A DNA stretch of 64,000 nucleotides from assembly GCA_964481655.1 (NCBI GenBank), contig CAYZVO010000015.1, positions 789 to 64,788 on the forward strand, given 5' to 3'. A program made the translations under genes and the position numbers. The stretch is from an uncultured Enterobacterales bacterium (GTDB lineage: Bacteria; Myxococcota_A; UBA796; JAFGLY01). Of the stretch, positions 34,796 through 42,448 are shown in pieces. Position 1 is the stretch's first letter; every line of letters begins with the position of its first letter. The notes beneath the pieces are model-generated. The model saw only the letters and a list, made by a program, of their open reading frames with translations. It was not told where the DNA came from and did not search any database.

Positions 34796-36744
34796 CCTCG
34801 TCCATCTCCGTCCTCGCGCTGCTGCTGGTCCCCGCATGCACGGACTACGGCGTGAACATCATCGAGCTGCCCGAGCCCGATCCCCCAGACAGCGAGCCGC
34901 CGTTCGTGGACACCCAATGGGAGGACACCCAGCCTCCCATCGACACCCAGCCGCCCCCGGTGTGCGACGAGGGCCCGTGGCCCGACGGCGACGCCGCCGT
35001 GGACGAGAGCTGCATCTGGGAGCCGATCACCGGCACCTTCCGGCCTGTGGTGGAGTGGTGGATCAGCGACTTCGGCGATGGCTACGACGACGGGATCGCC
35101 AACCTGGCCACCCCCACGGTGGGCCAGGTCACCGACGACGACGGCGACGGTGATGTGGACAGCGACGACGTCCCCGACATCGCGGTCGTGGCCTACCAGC
35201 GCGATGAGTCGCTCTTCGTGGGCACGATGAGGCTGGTCTCGGGAGATGGCTCGGCGGTGCACTGGTCGGTGCGCGAGGCCGAGCTGAATGGGGTGACCTG
35301 GTACCCCTTCGGGCTGTCCGGCGTGTCCATGGCCGACGCCGACGCCGACGGTGACGTGGAGCTGGCCGCGGTGGTCTGCGATGGCGAGGGCTCGAGCACC
35401 GGCGCCAACTACTACACCTGCTACCCGGCGATGTTCGACCATGGCGGGACGCTGCTGTGGGTCAACGACGACTACGAGGTGGACTGCGGTGGCCACGCGC
35501 CCGCCTGGGCGGACATGGAGGGAGACGGCGTGGTGGAGCTGATCCTCGGTCGCCTGATCCTGGACCCGCTGACCGGCGAGGTGCTGGCCGAGGGAGAGTG
35601 GGGCTACGGCTACGACCCGGAGTACCAGAACTCCGGCTTCCACAGCTTCGCCATCGACATCGACGGTGAGGGGACCCAGGAGCTCGTCACCGGCAACTCC
35701 ATCTATACCCCCGAGGGGGAGCTGGTCTGCTTCACCGGCTACGACGACGGCTACCCGGCCGTGGCGGATCTGGACGGTGACGGCCGCGGTGAGCTGGTCA
35801 CCACGGGCAACGGCTGGGTGCGGCTGTTCGAGGACGACTGCTGGATCATCGATCAGTGGCAGCTGTTCGACAGCGGCGCGGGTGGCCCGGCCACCATCGC
35901 CGACTACGACGGCGACGGGGAGCCCGAGATCGGGGTGGCGTCCTACGGCATCTACTACGTGTTCGAGGTGGACGGGACGCTGCTGTGGTCCCGCTACACC
36001 CAGGACCACTCGAGCTCTTCGACGGGGTCCTCGGTCTACGACTTCGACGGCGACGGCTACGCCGAGGTGGTCTACGCCGACGAGGAGGACCTCTGGATCT
36101 ACGCTGGCACCGACGGCACCGTGCGGATGCAGGACACCACCCACGAGTCGGGCACCATCAACGAGTACCCGGTCATCGTGGATGTGGACGGCGACGGCGA
36201 GGTCGAGATCGTGGTGGCCGACAACAACGGCCTGTTCGTCGTCGGTGACTACGACCACAGCTGGGTGGCCGGCCGCCAGGTCTGGAACCAGGCCAGCTAC
36301 AACATCGTCAACGTCAACGACGACCTGACCATCCCGGCTGTACCCGAGCCCAACTGGCCCGGACACAACAACTTCCGCTCCGGGGACGTCACCCGCTCCT
36401 TCGCTTCGGCGGCGCCCGATCCCGTGCCCCTGCTGGTGGATCTGTGCAGCCTCGAGTGCGACGCCGGCGTCCTGCAGCTCGGGGTGCAGGTGGGCAACGG
36501 CGGCCTGGGCGAGGTCGACGGACCCCTCGTGGTCGGTGTCTATGGCGACGACGTCCTGCTGGACTCCACCACCACCATCGCGTCCATCCCCTCGGGGGAG
36601 GCGAACGACACCCTGCTGTTCCGGCTCGACGTGACGGGCCTCGCCCTCGAGACGCTGACGGTGGTCGTGGACGACGGCGGCTCCTTGCCCGAGTGCCACG
36701 AAGACAACAACACCCTCACCATCACGGAGGGCCTGTGTCCGTGA
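34792..36744 (+). CDS. FG-GAP/VCBS beta-propeller lipoprotein with CARDB-like C-terminus, copy B
   Basis: ATG 34792 overlaps the upstream TGA. MTSSISVLALLLVPAC. CTDYGVNIIELP, GTFRPV.EWW and RQVWNQ.SYNI.NVNDDLTIPA are shared with copy A. Confidence 0.8.
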   Translation: MTSSISVLALLLVPACTDYGVNIIELPEPDPPDSEPPFVDTQWEDTQPPIDTQPPPVCDEGPWPDGDAAVDESCIWEPITGTFRPVVEWWISDFGDGYDDGIANLATPTVGQVTDDDGDGDVDSDDVPDIAVVAYQRDESLFVGTMRLVSGDGSAVHWSVREAELNGVTWYPFGLSGVSMADADADGDVELAAVVCDGEGSSTGANYYTCYPAMFDHGGTLLWVNDDYEVDCGGHAPAWADMEGDGVVELILGRLILDPLTGEVLAEGEWGYGYDPEYQNSGFHSFAIDIDGEGTQELVTGNSIYTPEGELVCFTGYDDGYPAVADLDGDGRGELVTTGNGWVRLFEDDCWIIDQWQLFDSGAGGPATIADYDGDGEPEIGVASYGIYYVFEVDGTLLWSRYTQDHSSSSTGSSVYDFDGDGYAEVVYADEEDLWIYAGTDGTVRMQDTTHESGTINEYPVIVDVDGDGEVEIVVADNNGLFVVGDYDHSWVAGRQVWNQASYNIVNVNDDLTIPAVPEPNWPGHNNFRSGDVTRSFASAAPDPVPLLVDLCSLECDAGVLQLGVQVGNGGLGEVDGPLVVGVYGDDVLLDSTTTIASIPSGEANDTLLFRLDVTGLALETLTVVVDDGGSLPECHEDNNTLTITEGLCP

Positions 36745-38333
36745 CCTGTCTTTGGTCGGGCGGACGTGACGTCCGCCCCTACGTTCTGTTGGCGCTGCTC
36801 CACCCCGCCTGCGACCGCTCCGAGTGCGGCCCCGGCACCCACCTCGAGGATGGCGTCTGCGTGCTCGACGAGGACACCGACGTCGAGGGAGACACCGACA
36901 CCGACACGGACGCCGACACGGACAGCGACACGGACGCCGACGCCGACACGGACGCCGACACGGACGCCGATGCCGACATCGTCGTGGACCCCTGCGAGGA
37001 GCGGCCGGCCATCTGGGTCGATCCCACCGGCATCGACCGCGACGGCTGCGGTGCCGAGGGCGACCCCTGCGCCAGCCTGCGCTACGGCCTGGGCCTGGCC
37101 AGCAGCGGCGACGCGGTCTGCGCGCGGGCCGGGACCTACACCGAGAACTGGGTCTATGTGCCTAGCGGGGTCTGGTTGGTCGGCGTGGACGGGCCCGAGG
37201 CCACGGCCATCTACAGCCGGACCTACTCGGCGCTGCGTGTCGAGGGCGTGCAGGATGTGGGCGTCCAGGGCTTCGAGGTCTACGGCGACTGGGGCGACGG
37301 CGCAGCCGGCGATGGCCTGGTGCGCGTGCTGGACTCCAGCGGGGTGGTGCTGCGGGATCTGATCGTGCACGACGCCCCCTACGATCAGGACTGCATCAAG
37401 GTCTCCGGCGAGGTCAGCGACCTGCTCATCGACGGGGTCATCGCCTGGAATCCCGGGCCTCGCACCACCGCGGGCACCTACCAGGAGAACATCGACATCT
37501 ACGGCAGCGGGGCAGGGGAGGGCGAGCCACCGCCGGTCTCGGACGTCACGGTGCGCGGCTGCTGGCTGTTCCACCGCGGCGAGGTCGGGGACTGGCTCAT
37601 CTACAGCAAGATCAACGCCGAGAACATCCTCTACGAGAACAACGTCTTCGGGCCCTCGGCGGGCATGGGCTACGGCAACGCCGCGGTGGGCGTCGGCACC
37701 GGCGAGGCCGGGGAGCCCGACAGCGGCGCCGCTGTGGTCACCCACGCCATCGTGCGCAACAACCTGTTCCTCGGCCTTCAGGGTGACGCCGCCCTGGCGG
37801 TGATGAACGCCGAGGACACCTGGATCCACGGCAACACCTTCTACGGCAACAGCGGCGACGGGCTGCGCTCGGTGCTGATGCTCCGGGGCAACACCCACGC
37901 GGTGGGAGCCACCCGGGTGCTGGGCAACCTGTTCGTGTCCAACCAACCCGCCAAGTACGGCGCGGGCAGCTTCGTCTGGGTGCGGGATGCGCTGCCCGAT
38001 GAGTGGGTGCTGGACTACAACCTGTACCTGGACAACGTCGCCGCCAGCGACACGCCGACCACCGGCGAGGCCCACGGCCTGTACGACCAGGACCCCCTGT
38101 TGGTGGCACCGACGATCCCCAGCGGGGACAGCCCGACGCCGGCCCGGCTCGCCGAGATCCAGGCAGCCTTCGAGCTGGGCGAGGGTTCGCCGGCGCTGAG
38201 CGTGGTCCCGGACGTCGTGGCGCAGCCCGGCTACCCCGCCTGGCACCCCGGGCGGACGGACGTCCGGGAGGACATGCAGGGGGATCCACGAGCCGAGGGT
38301 GGGCCCTGGGACATCGGCGCCGACGAACGCTGA
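36735..38333 (+). CDS. right-handed parallel beta-helix lipoprotein with CGPGTHLEDG/DTD leader
   Basis: GTG 36735 is positionally homologous to GTG 31212; GTG 36741 is an alternative start. ...LLALLHPAC lipobox, ECGPGTHLEDGVCV and a DTD linker. Beta-helix rungs (VRNNLFLG, HGNTFYGN, LGNLFVSN). Ends ...DMQGDPR....WDIGADER. Confidence 0.75.
   Translation: MSVTCLWSGGRDVRPYVLLALLHPACDRSECGPGTHLEDGVCVLDEDTDVEGDTDTDTDADTDSDTDADADTDADTDADADIVVDPCEERPAIWVDPTGIDRDGCGAEGDPCASLRYGLGLASSGDAVCARAGTYTENWVYVPSGVWLVGVDGPEATAIYSRTYSALRVEGVQDVGVQGFEVYGDWGDGAAGDGLVRVLDSSGVVLRDLIVHDAPYDQDCIKVSGEVSDLLIDGVIAWNPGPRTTAGTYQENIDIYGSGAGEGEPPPVSDVTVRGCWLFHRGEVGDWLIYSKINAENILYENNVFGPSAGMGYGNAAVGVGTGEAGEPDSGAAVVTHAIVRNNLFLGLQGDAALAVMNAEDTWIHGNTFYGNSGDGLRSVLMLRGNTHAVGATRVLGNLFVSNQPAKYGAGSFVWVRDALPDEWVLDYNLYLDNVAASDTPTTGEAHGLYDQDPLLVAPTIPSGDSPTPARLAEIQAAFELGEGSPALSVVPDVVAQPGYPAWHPGRTDVREDMQGDPRAEGGPWDIGADER
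36891..36977 (+). repeat. imperfect hexanucleotide repeat encoding a D-T-D-A linker
   Basis: gacaccgacaccgacacggacgccgacacggacagcgac... read directly. In frame in CDS 36735..38333. Confidence 0.9.
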
Positions 38334-38397
38334 GCCCAACAAGCCCCGCGGACGGCCTCGGTTCGTGCTAGAACCTCCTGTGATGACTGGAGAGAGC

Positions 38398-39087
38398 ATG
38401 GTCCCCCGCCACCACCTGCCCATCGCGCTGCTGACGGCCCTCGCCGCGGGCTGCAGCTGCCCCAACGTGCCCCTGGATCCACTGCCCACCGGCGGTGACT
38501 CCGACGAACCCCCGCTGGACAGCGAGCCCGAGACCAACCCCTGGGACTCGGACGACACGCCCCCCGACGACAGCGAGCCGGACACCACCGAGCCCCAGGA
38601 GGGCTCGAACCAGCTCATGAACGGCGGCTTCGAGCAGGGCGAAGGGTCCTTCTCGGGCGTGGGCTACGGCTGGGAGACCGCCGACGGCGCCTCCCACGGC
38701 GAGGACTACCTCGACTACCACACGCCCTACGCGGGCACCGCCGCCCAGTGCATCACCGGCGGCTGGAGCGCGGCGGCCATCCAGCAGATCACCCGCGAGG
38801 GCACGGTCTCCCCGGGCACCACCTACCGGGTGCGCGCCATGGTCCGCGCTCAGCACATGAGCAGCGGCCACGGCTGGTACCTGCTCGGCCTGCGCTGGTA
38901 CTCGGGCGACAGCTACGTCTCCGAAGTCCAGATGACTCAGCCCCACGCCATCACCTACGACTGGACCCAGGTCGTCGTCGACGCTGTGGCCCCCGATGGT
39001 GTGGATCGGGCCGCCGCCTACCTGGCGTCCTACACCGATGGCATCGCCTGCTACGACGACGTGGTGCTGACCGACCTCAGCAAGTAG
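38398..39087 (+). CDS. lipoprotein with CBM4_9-like carbohydrate-binding module
   Basis: GGAGAG RBS then ATG 38398. LLTALAAGCSC lipobox. Acidic/Pro linker, then NQLMNGGFEQGEG...GW...A..C... ending YDDVVLTDL, the usual CBM_4_9 jelly-roll pattern. Confidence 0.7.
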   Translation: MVPRHHLPIALLTALAAGCSCPNVPLDPLPTGGDSDEPPLDSEPETNPWDSDDTPPDDSEPDTTEPQEGSNQLMNGGFEQGEGSFSGVGYGWETADGASHGEDYLDYHTPYAGTAAQCITGGWSAAAIQQITREGTVSPGTTYRVRAMVRAQHMSSGHGWYLLGLRWYSGDSYVSEVQMTQPHAITYDWTQVVVDAVAPDGVDRAAAYLASYTDGIACYDDVVLTDLSK

Positions 39088-39120
39088 CGCCCGCGAATCG
39101 TCGAATTTCGCCATTTGTCC

Positions 39121-39149
39121 TTGACGTTCGGTCTGGGCGCGCCTATCTG
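39121..39149 (+). promoter_or_regulatory. candidate sigma-70-type promoter
   Basis: TTGACG, a 17-nt spacer, then TATCTG, in the AT-richer 118-nt gap upstream of ATG 39206 (RBS AGGAGG). Confidence 0.35.
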
Positions 39150-39205
39150 GTTCGCGACTGAACGATCATTCATTTTCCGAGCGGGCCCTGCCCCAGGAGG
39201 AGATC

Positions 39206-39721
39206 ATGGTGGCCGACATCCTCGACAACCTGAAGGAAGAGCTGTCCAACGTCCCCGACCGCGTCAAGACCGGCATCGAGAAGCTCAAGGACGTGCCCGA
39301 GCGCCTCGAGGACGCCCCCGAGAAGCTGCAGAGCGCGGGGCAAGAAGTCGGCCGCAAGCTCCGCGAGCGCATCGGTGAGCTGCGGGACGAGGGCGAAGAG
39401 CGTGCCTGGGAGCTCGAGAAGCGCGCCCTCGAGGCCGCCGGCGGGCTCATCGAGCGGGCCTCCGAGGTCCCCGTGGTCTCCACCGTCGCCCCCAAGGTGG
39501 AAGGCGCGGTGCAGGACCGCCTGGCCACCATCACCACGCCTCCCATCGAGGGCTACGACGAGATGAACGTCAAGAACATCCGCCTCGCCCTGCGGGAGCT
39601 CGACCGCCTCGATCTCATCAAGGTCGCCCGGTACGAGGAAGCCCACAAGGCCCGCAAGACGGTGGCCCGCGACGTGCAGGCCGAGCTGGACCGGCGCAAG
39701 GCCGCGGCTGAGCTCGACTAG
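39206..39721 (+). CDS. hypothetical coiled-coil protein with C-terminal helix-extension-helix (Rho_N/SAP-like) motif
   Basis: Strong RBS. 171 aa, Glu/Lys/Arg-rich helical N-half. C-terminal GYDEMNVKNIRLALRELDRLDLIKVARYEEAHKARKTV resembles a motif common at the end of phasin-like or lipid-droplet-associated proteins of GC-rich bacteria. Confidence 0.6.
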   Translation: MVADILDNLKEELSNVPDRVKTGIEKLKDVPERLEDAPEKLQSAGQEVGRKLRERIGELRDEGEERAWELEKRALEAAGGLIERASEVPVVSTVAPKVEGAVQDRLATITTPPIEGYDEMNVKNIRLALRELDRLDLIKVARYEEAHKARKTVARDVQAELDRRKAAAELD

Positions 39722-39756
39722 CTGACCCGGCGCATGGGCGCCCGAGGGTGACTGTG

Positions 39757-39783
39757 GTATTACGGATCGACTATCCGTAATAC
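39757..39783. promoter_or_regulatory. perfect 11-bp inverted repeat (operator or hairpin) abutting the TonB-dependent receptor start
   Basis: GTATTACGGAT-CGACT-ATCCGTAATAC. AT-rich in a GC-rich genome. It lies 36 nt after the upstream stop and ends 4 nt before GTG 39788. Confidence 0.5.
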
Positions 39784-39787
39784 TCCC

Positions 39788-41794
39788 GTGTTGTTCGTCA
39801 TACCAATTCTGCTGCTCGCCGCCCCCGTCCATGCCGATGACGGGGACGAGGAGTTGGTGGTGGAGGCGGAGCGCCCGCGCGAAGAGGCCTCCGAGCAGGC
39901 CCTGGATCGCGACGCCATCGAGGTCTTCCCGGCCCGCTCGGCGGACGAACTGCTCCAGGCCATGCCCGGGCTGCACCAGAGCGCCCACGGGGGCCACGGC
40001 AAGGCCTACCAGTACTTCGTGCGCGGCTTCGACGCGGTCCACGGGGCGGACCTGGCGGTCAGCCTCGAGGGCATCCCCCTGAACGAGCCGAGCAACGTGC
40101 ACGGCCACGGCTACCTGGACCTGCACGCCGTCCCTACGCACCTGATCCAGGGTGTGCGGCTGTACAAGGGCGCCAGCCGGGCCGAGGTGGGGGACTTCGG
40201 CGTGGCGGCCTCGGCGGACTTTCAGCTGGGGCTGGCCGCGCCCGGCCTGTACACGGAGCTGGGTGGGGGCACGGATCGCTCCGGGGAGGCCCTGCTGGCC
40301 TGGCGGCCGGGCTCCGGTGACAGCGGGGACTTCCTGCTGGCCGAGGTGGACGCCGGGCTGGGCGTGGGGGATCACCGCGCCTGGCGGCAGCTGAACCTGG
40401 CGGCGGGCGCGGAGCATTGGTGGGGGCTCACCCGCGGACGGATCTTCGCCCTGGGCTACCACGGGAGCTTCGACTCCCCCGGGGTGTTGCGGGAGGACGA
40501 TCTGCTCGCCGGGGAGGTGGACTTCTACGGCGCCTACCCCGAGGCAGGCGACGGCGTGTCCAGCCGGTTGATCGCCGCCGCCGAGCTGTCGCGCCCCTGC
40601 GCGGGCTGCGGCTGGAAGGTCCTGGCCTGGGGCCAGCTGCGGGGCCTCGAGCTGACCCGCAACTTCACCGGCTACGCTCAGCATCCGGACCACGGTGACG
40701 GCGTGCTCCAGGGTCAGCAGGGGGGGGCCGTGGGCCTGCGCGCCCTGCGCTGGGAGCAGGTCGAGCTGCTGGGGGGCTGGCACCAGCTGATGGGCGGGAT
40801 CGACCTGCGGGCCGACCTGCTCGAGCAGTGGGAGCGGGGCATCGAGCCCGATGGTCGCGTCTGGGACGAGCGCATCGACGCCGACGCGCGGCAGGGCGAG
40901 GCCGCGGCCTGGTTCACGGCCGAGCTGCACCCCTGGCCGTGGCTGGAGCTGGAGCCCGGCGTGCGCGCCGCGCTGCTGGGGGTCGAGCTGTGGCGTGGCT
41001 ACGACGACGAGGGCGTGGCGATCGCCGAGCCGGTGCCGGCCCGTTCCTGGGCCCCGGTGCTGGCCCCCAAGGGTCGGGCGGTGCTCGCCCCCGAGGCGCC
41101 GCTGTCTCTGTTCCTGAGCGCCGGGCGCGGCTACCGCTCCCCGGAGGCCCGGGGCATCGAGGACGGAGATCGGGCTCCGGTCAGCGTGGCGGACACCCAG
41201 GAGCTGGGGCTGCGCTGGGAGCTGGGCTCCGGCGCCGAGCTGGCCCTGGTGGGCTTCCACACCGCCATCAGCAACGAATTGGTCTTCGATCACACCGCGG
41301 CCCGCTTCCTGTCCTCAGGGGCCACCCGCCGCATCGGCGGGGAGCTGCTCGGCAGCGCCGAGCCCCTGCCGTGGCTGCGGGGGGAGCTGGAGCTCACCTG
41401 GACCGACGGCCGCAGCCAGGCCACCGGGGAGCCGCTGCCCTACGCCCCCCGCTGGCTGGTCTCGGCCGGCGGCTACGGGCGAGGGGAGCTCCCGTGGGAG
41501 GACGGCCGCTGGAGCGCGGGGCTGCGAGGCTGGTTCCTGGGGCCCCGGCCTCTGCCGGAGGGCTTCTACAGCCAGGCCGCCGTGGTGGTGGACGCCACGG
41601 GCACCGTGGGCTGGCGCCGCTGGGAGCTGTCCTTCGACATCGACAACCTGCTGGGCTCGCGCTGGCGGGACGGGGAGTTCGTCTACCCGTCATGCTTCGA
41701 CCCCGAGGGCGGCTGCAGCGAGCTGCCCGCCCTGCACATCACCGCCGGCGAGCCTCTCGCCGTTCGGATCGGCCTTGGCCGGAGGTTCCGATGA
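39788..41794 (+). CDS. TonB-dependent receptor
   Basis: Signal peptide, then plug-domain blocks (ADELLQAMPGL, FVRGFD, VSLEGIPLNEP, IQGVRLYKGAS) and a long beta-barrel region. The start is uncertain: GTG 39788 has no SD, and an in-frame CTG at 39752 follows GAGGG. Confidence 0.8.
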   Translation: MLFVIPILLLAAPVHADDGDEELVVEAERPREEASEQALDRDAIEVFPARSADELLQAMPGLHQSAHGGHGKAYQYFVRGFDAVHGADLAVSLEGIPLNEPSNVHGHGYLDLHAVPTHLIQGVRLYKGASRAEVGDFGVAASADFQLGLAAPGLYTELGGGTDRSGEALLAWRPGSGDSGDFLLAEVDAGLGVGDHRAWRQLNLAAGAEHWWGLTRGRIFALGYHGSFDSPGVLREDDLLAGEVDFYGAYPEAGDGVSSRLIAAAELSRPCAGCGWKVLAWGQLRGLELTRNFTGYAQHPDHGDGVLQGQQGGAVGLRALRWEQVELLGGWHQLMGGIDLRADLLEQWERGIEPDGRVWDERIDADARQGEAAAWFTAELHPWPWLELEPGVRAALLGVELWRGYDDEGVAIAEPVPARSWAPVLAPKGRAVLAPEAPLSLFLSAGRGYRSPEARGIEDGDRAPVSVADTQELGLRWELGSGAELALVGFHTAISNELVFDHTAARFLSSGATRRIGGELLGSAEPLPWLRGELELTWTDGRSQATGEPLPYAPRWLVSAGGYGRGELPWEDGRWSAGLRGWFLGPRPLPEGFYSQAAVVVDATGTVGWRRWELSFDIDNLLGSRWRDGEFVYPSCFDPEGGCSELPALHITAGEPLAVRIGLGRRFR

Positions 41795-42444
41795 GAGCGA
41801 TGATTCTTTGCCTGCTGCTGCCGCTCGCCGCCTGCGCCCACGAGCAGCGTGAGAGCCTGACCATCCCCGTGCAGGCCGCGAGCCAGGAGGACGCCACCGT
41901 CACGACCGACGACGGTGTGGAGGTCCAGCTCGACACGGCCTGGATCGTGCTCGCCGATCTGCGCCTCGAGGCGCCCTCGAGTGTCGACGCCAAGCACCCG
42001 GGCCACGACTTCAGCGGCGCCACCAGCTGTGAGCTGCTGGGCAGCTGGGAGCTGGATCTGCTTGGTGATCCCGTCGAGCTGGGCGAGGCGCTCTGCCTCG
42101 ACGGCGAGCTTGCCACCGGTCGCGTCGTGCTGTCCGCCGCTCCGACCCTGCTGCTGGCGGGCGCGGCCTTCCTGCCCGACGCCACCGAGCGGGCCTTCTC
42201 CTTCGAGCTGGACCTCGACGACGAGATCACCGGCATCCCCGTCGAAGCCTGGCTCGACGCGGCGGCGCCCCCCGACTCCATCGTCGTGGGTGTCCACCCT
42301 CAGACCATGCTGTCCTTCGTGGACTGGTGGAGCGAGGACAGCGACGTCAACGGCACCCTCACCATCACTGACGACCTGCTGGGCAACACCGTGCCCTTCG
42401 GGGCCGTCAGCACCACCTCCTTCTCCATCGACATCGAGGAGTGA
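41791..42444 (+). CDS. hypothetical lipoprotein (TBDR-associated 1)
   Basis: ATG 41791 overlaps the upstream TGA. MRAMILCLLLPLAACAH lipobox. 217 aa. Confidence 0.7.
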   Translation: MRAMILCLLLPLAACAHEQRESLTIPVQAASQEDATVTTDDGVEVQLDTAWIVLADLRLEAPSSVDAKHPGHDFSGATSCELLGSWELDLLGDPVELGEALCLDGELATGRVVLSAAPTLLLAGAAFLPDATERAFSFELDLDDEITGIPVEAWLDAAAPPDSIVVGVHPQTMLSFVDWWSEDSDVNGTLTITDDLLGNTVPFGAVSTTSFSIDIEE

Positions 42445-42448
42445 CCCC

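Larger units (their letters stand above)
32663..36977 (+). repeat. segmental tandem duplication, unit B
   Basis: See unit A. The paralogs align over their full length at protein level. Confidence 0.85.

Noticed and set aside
39092-39111. Terminator hairpin after the nine-gene operon
   Set aside because: Only a ~5-bp stem (GCGAA/TTCGC) with an imperfect extension. That is too weak to call, although the following CATTTGTCC is slightly T-rich.
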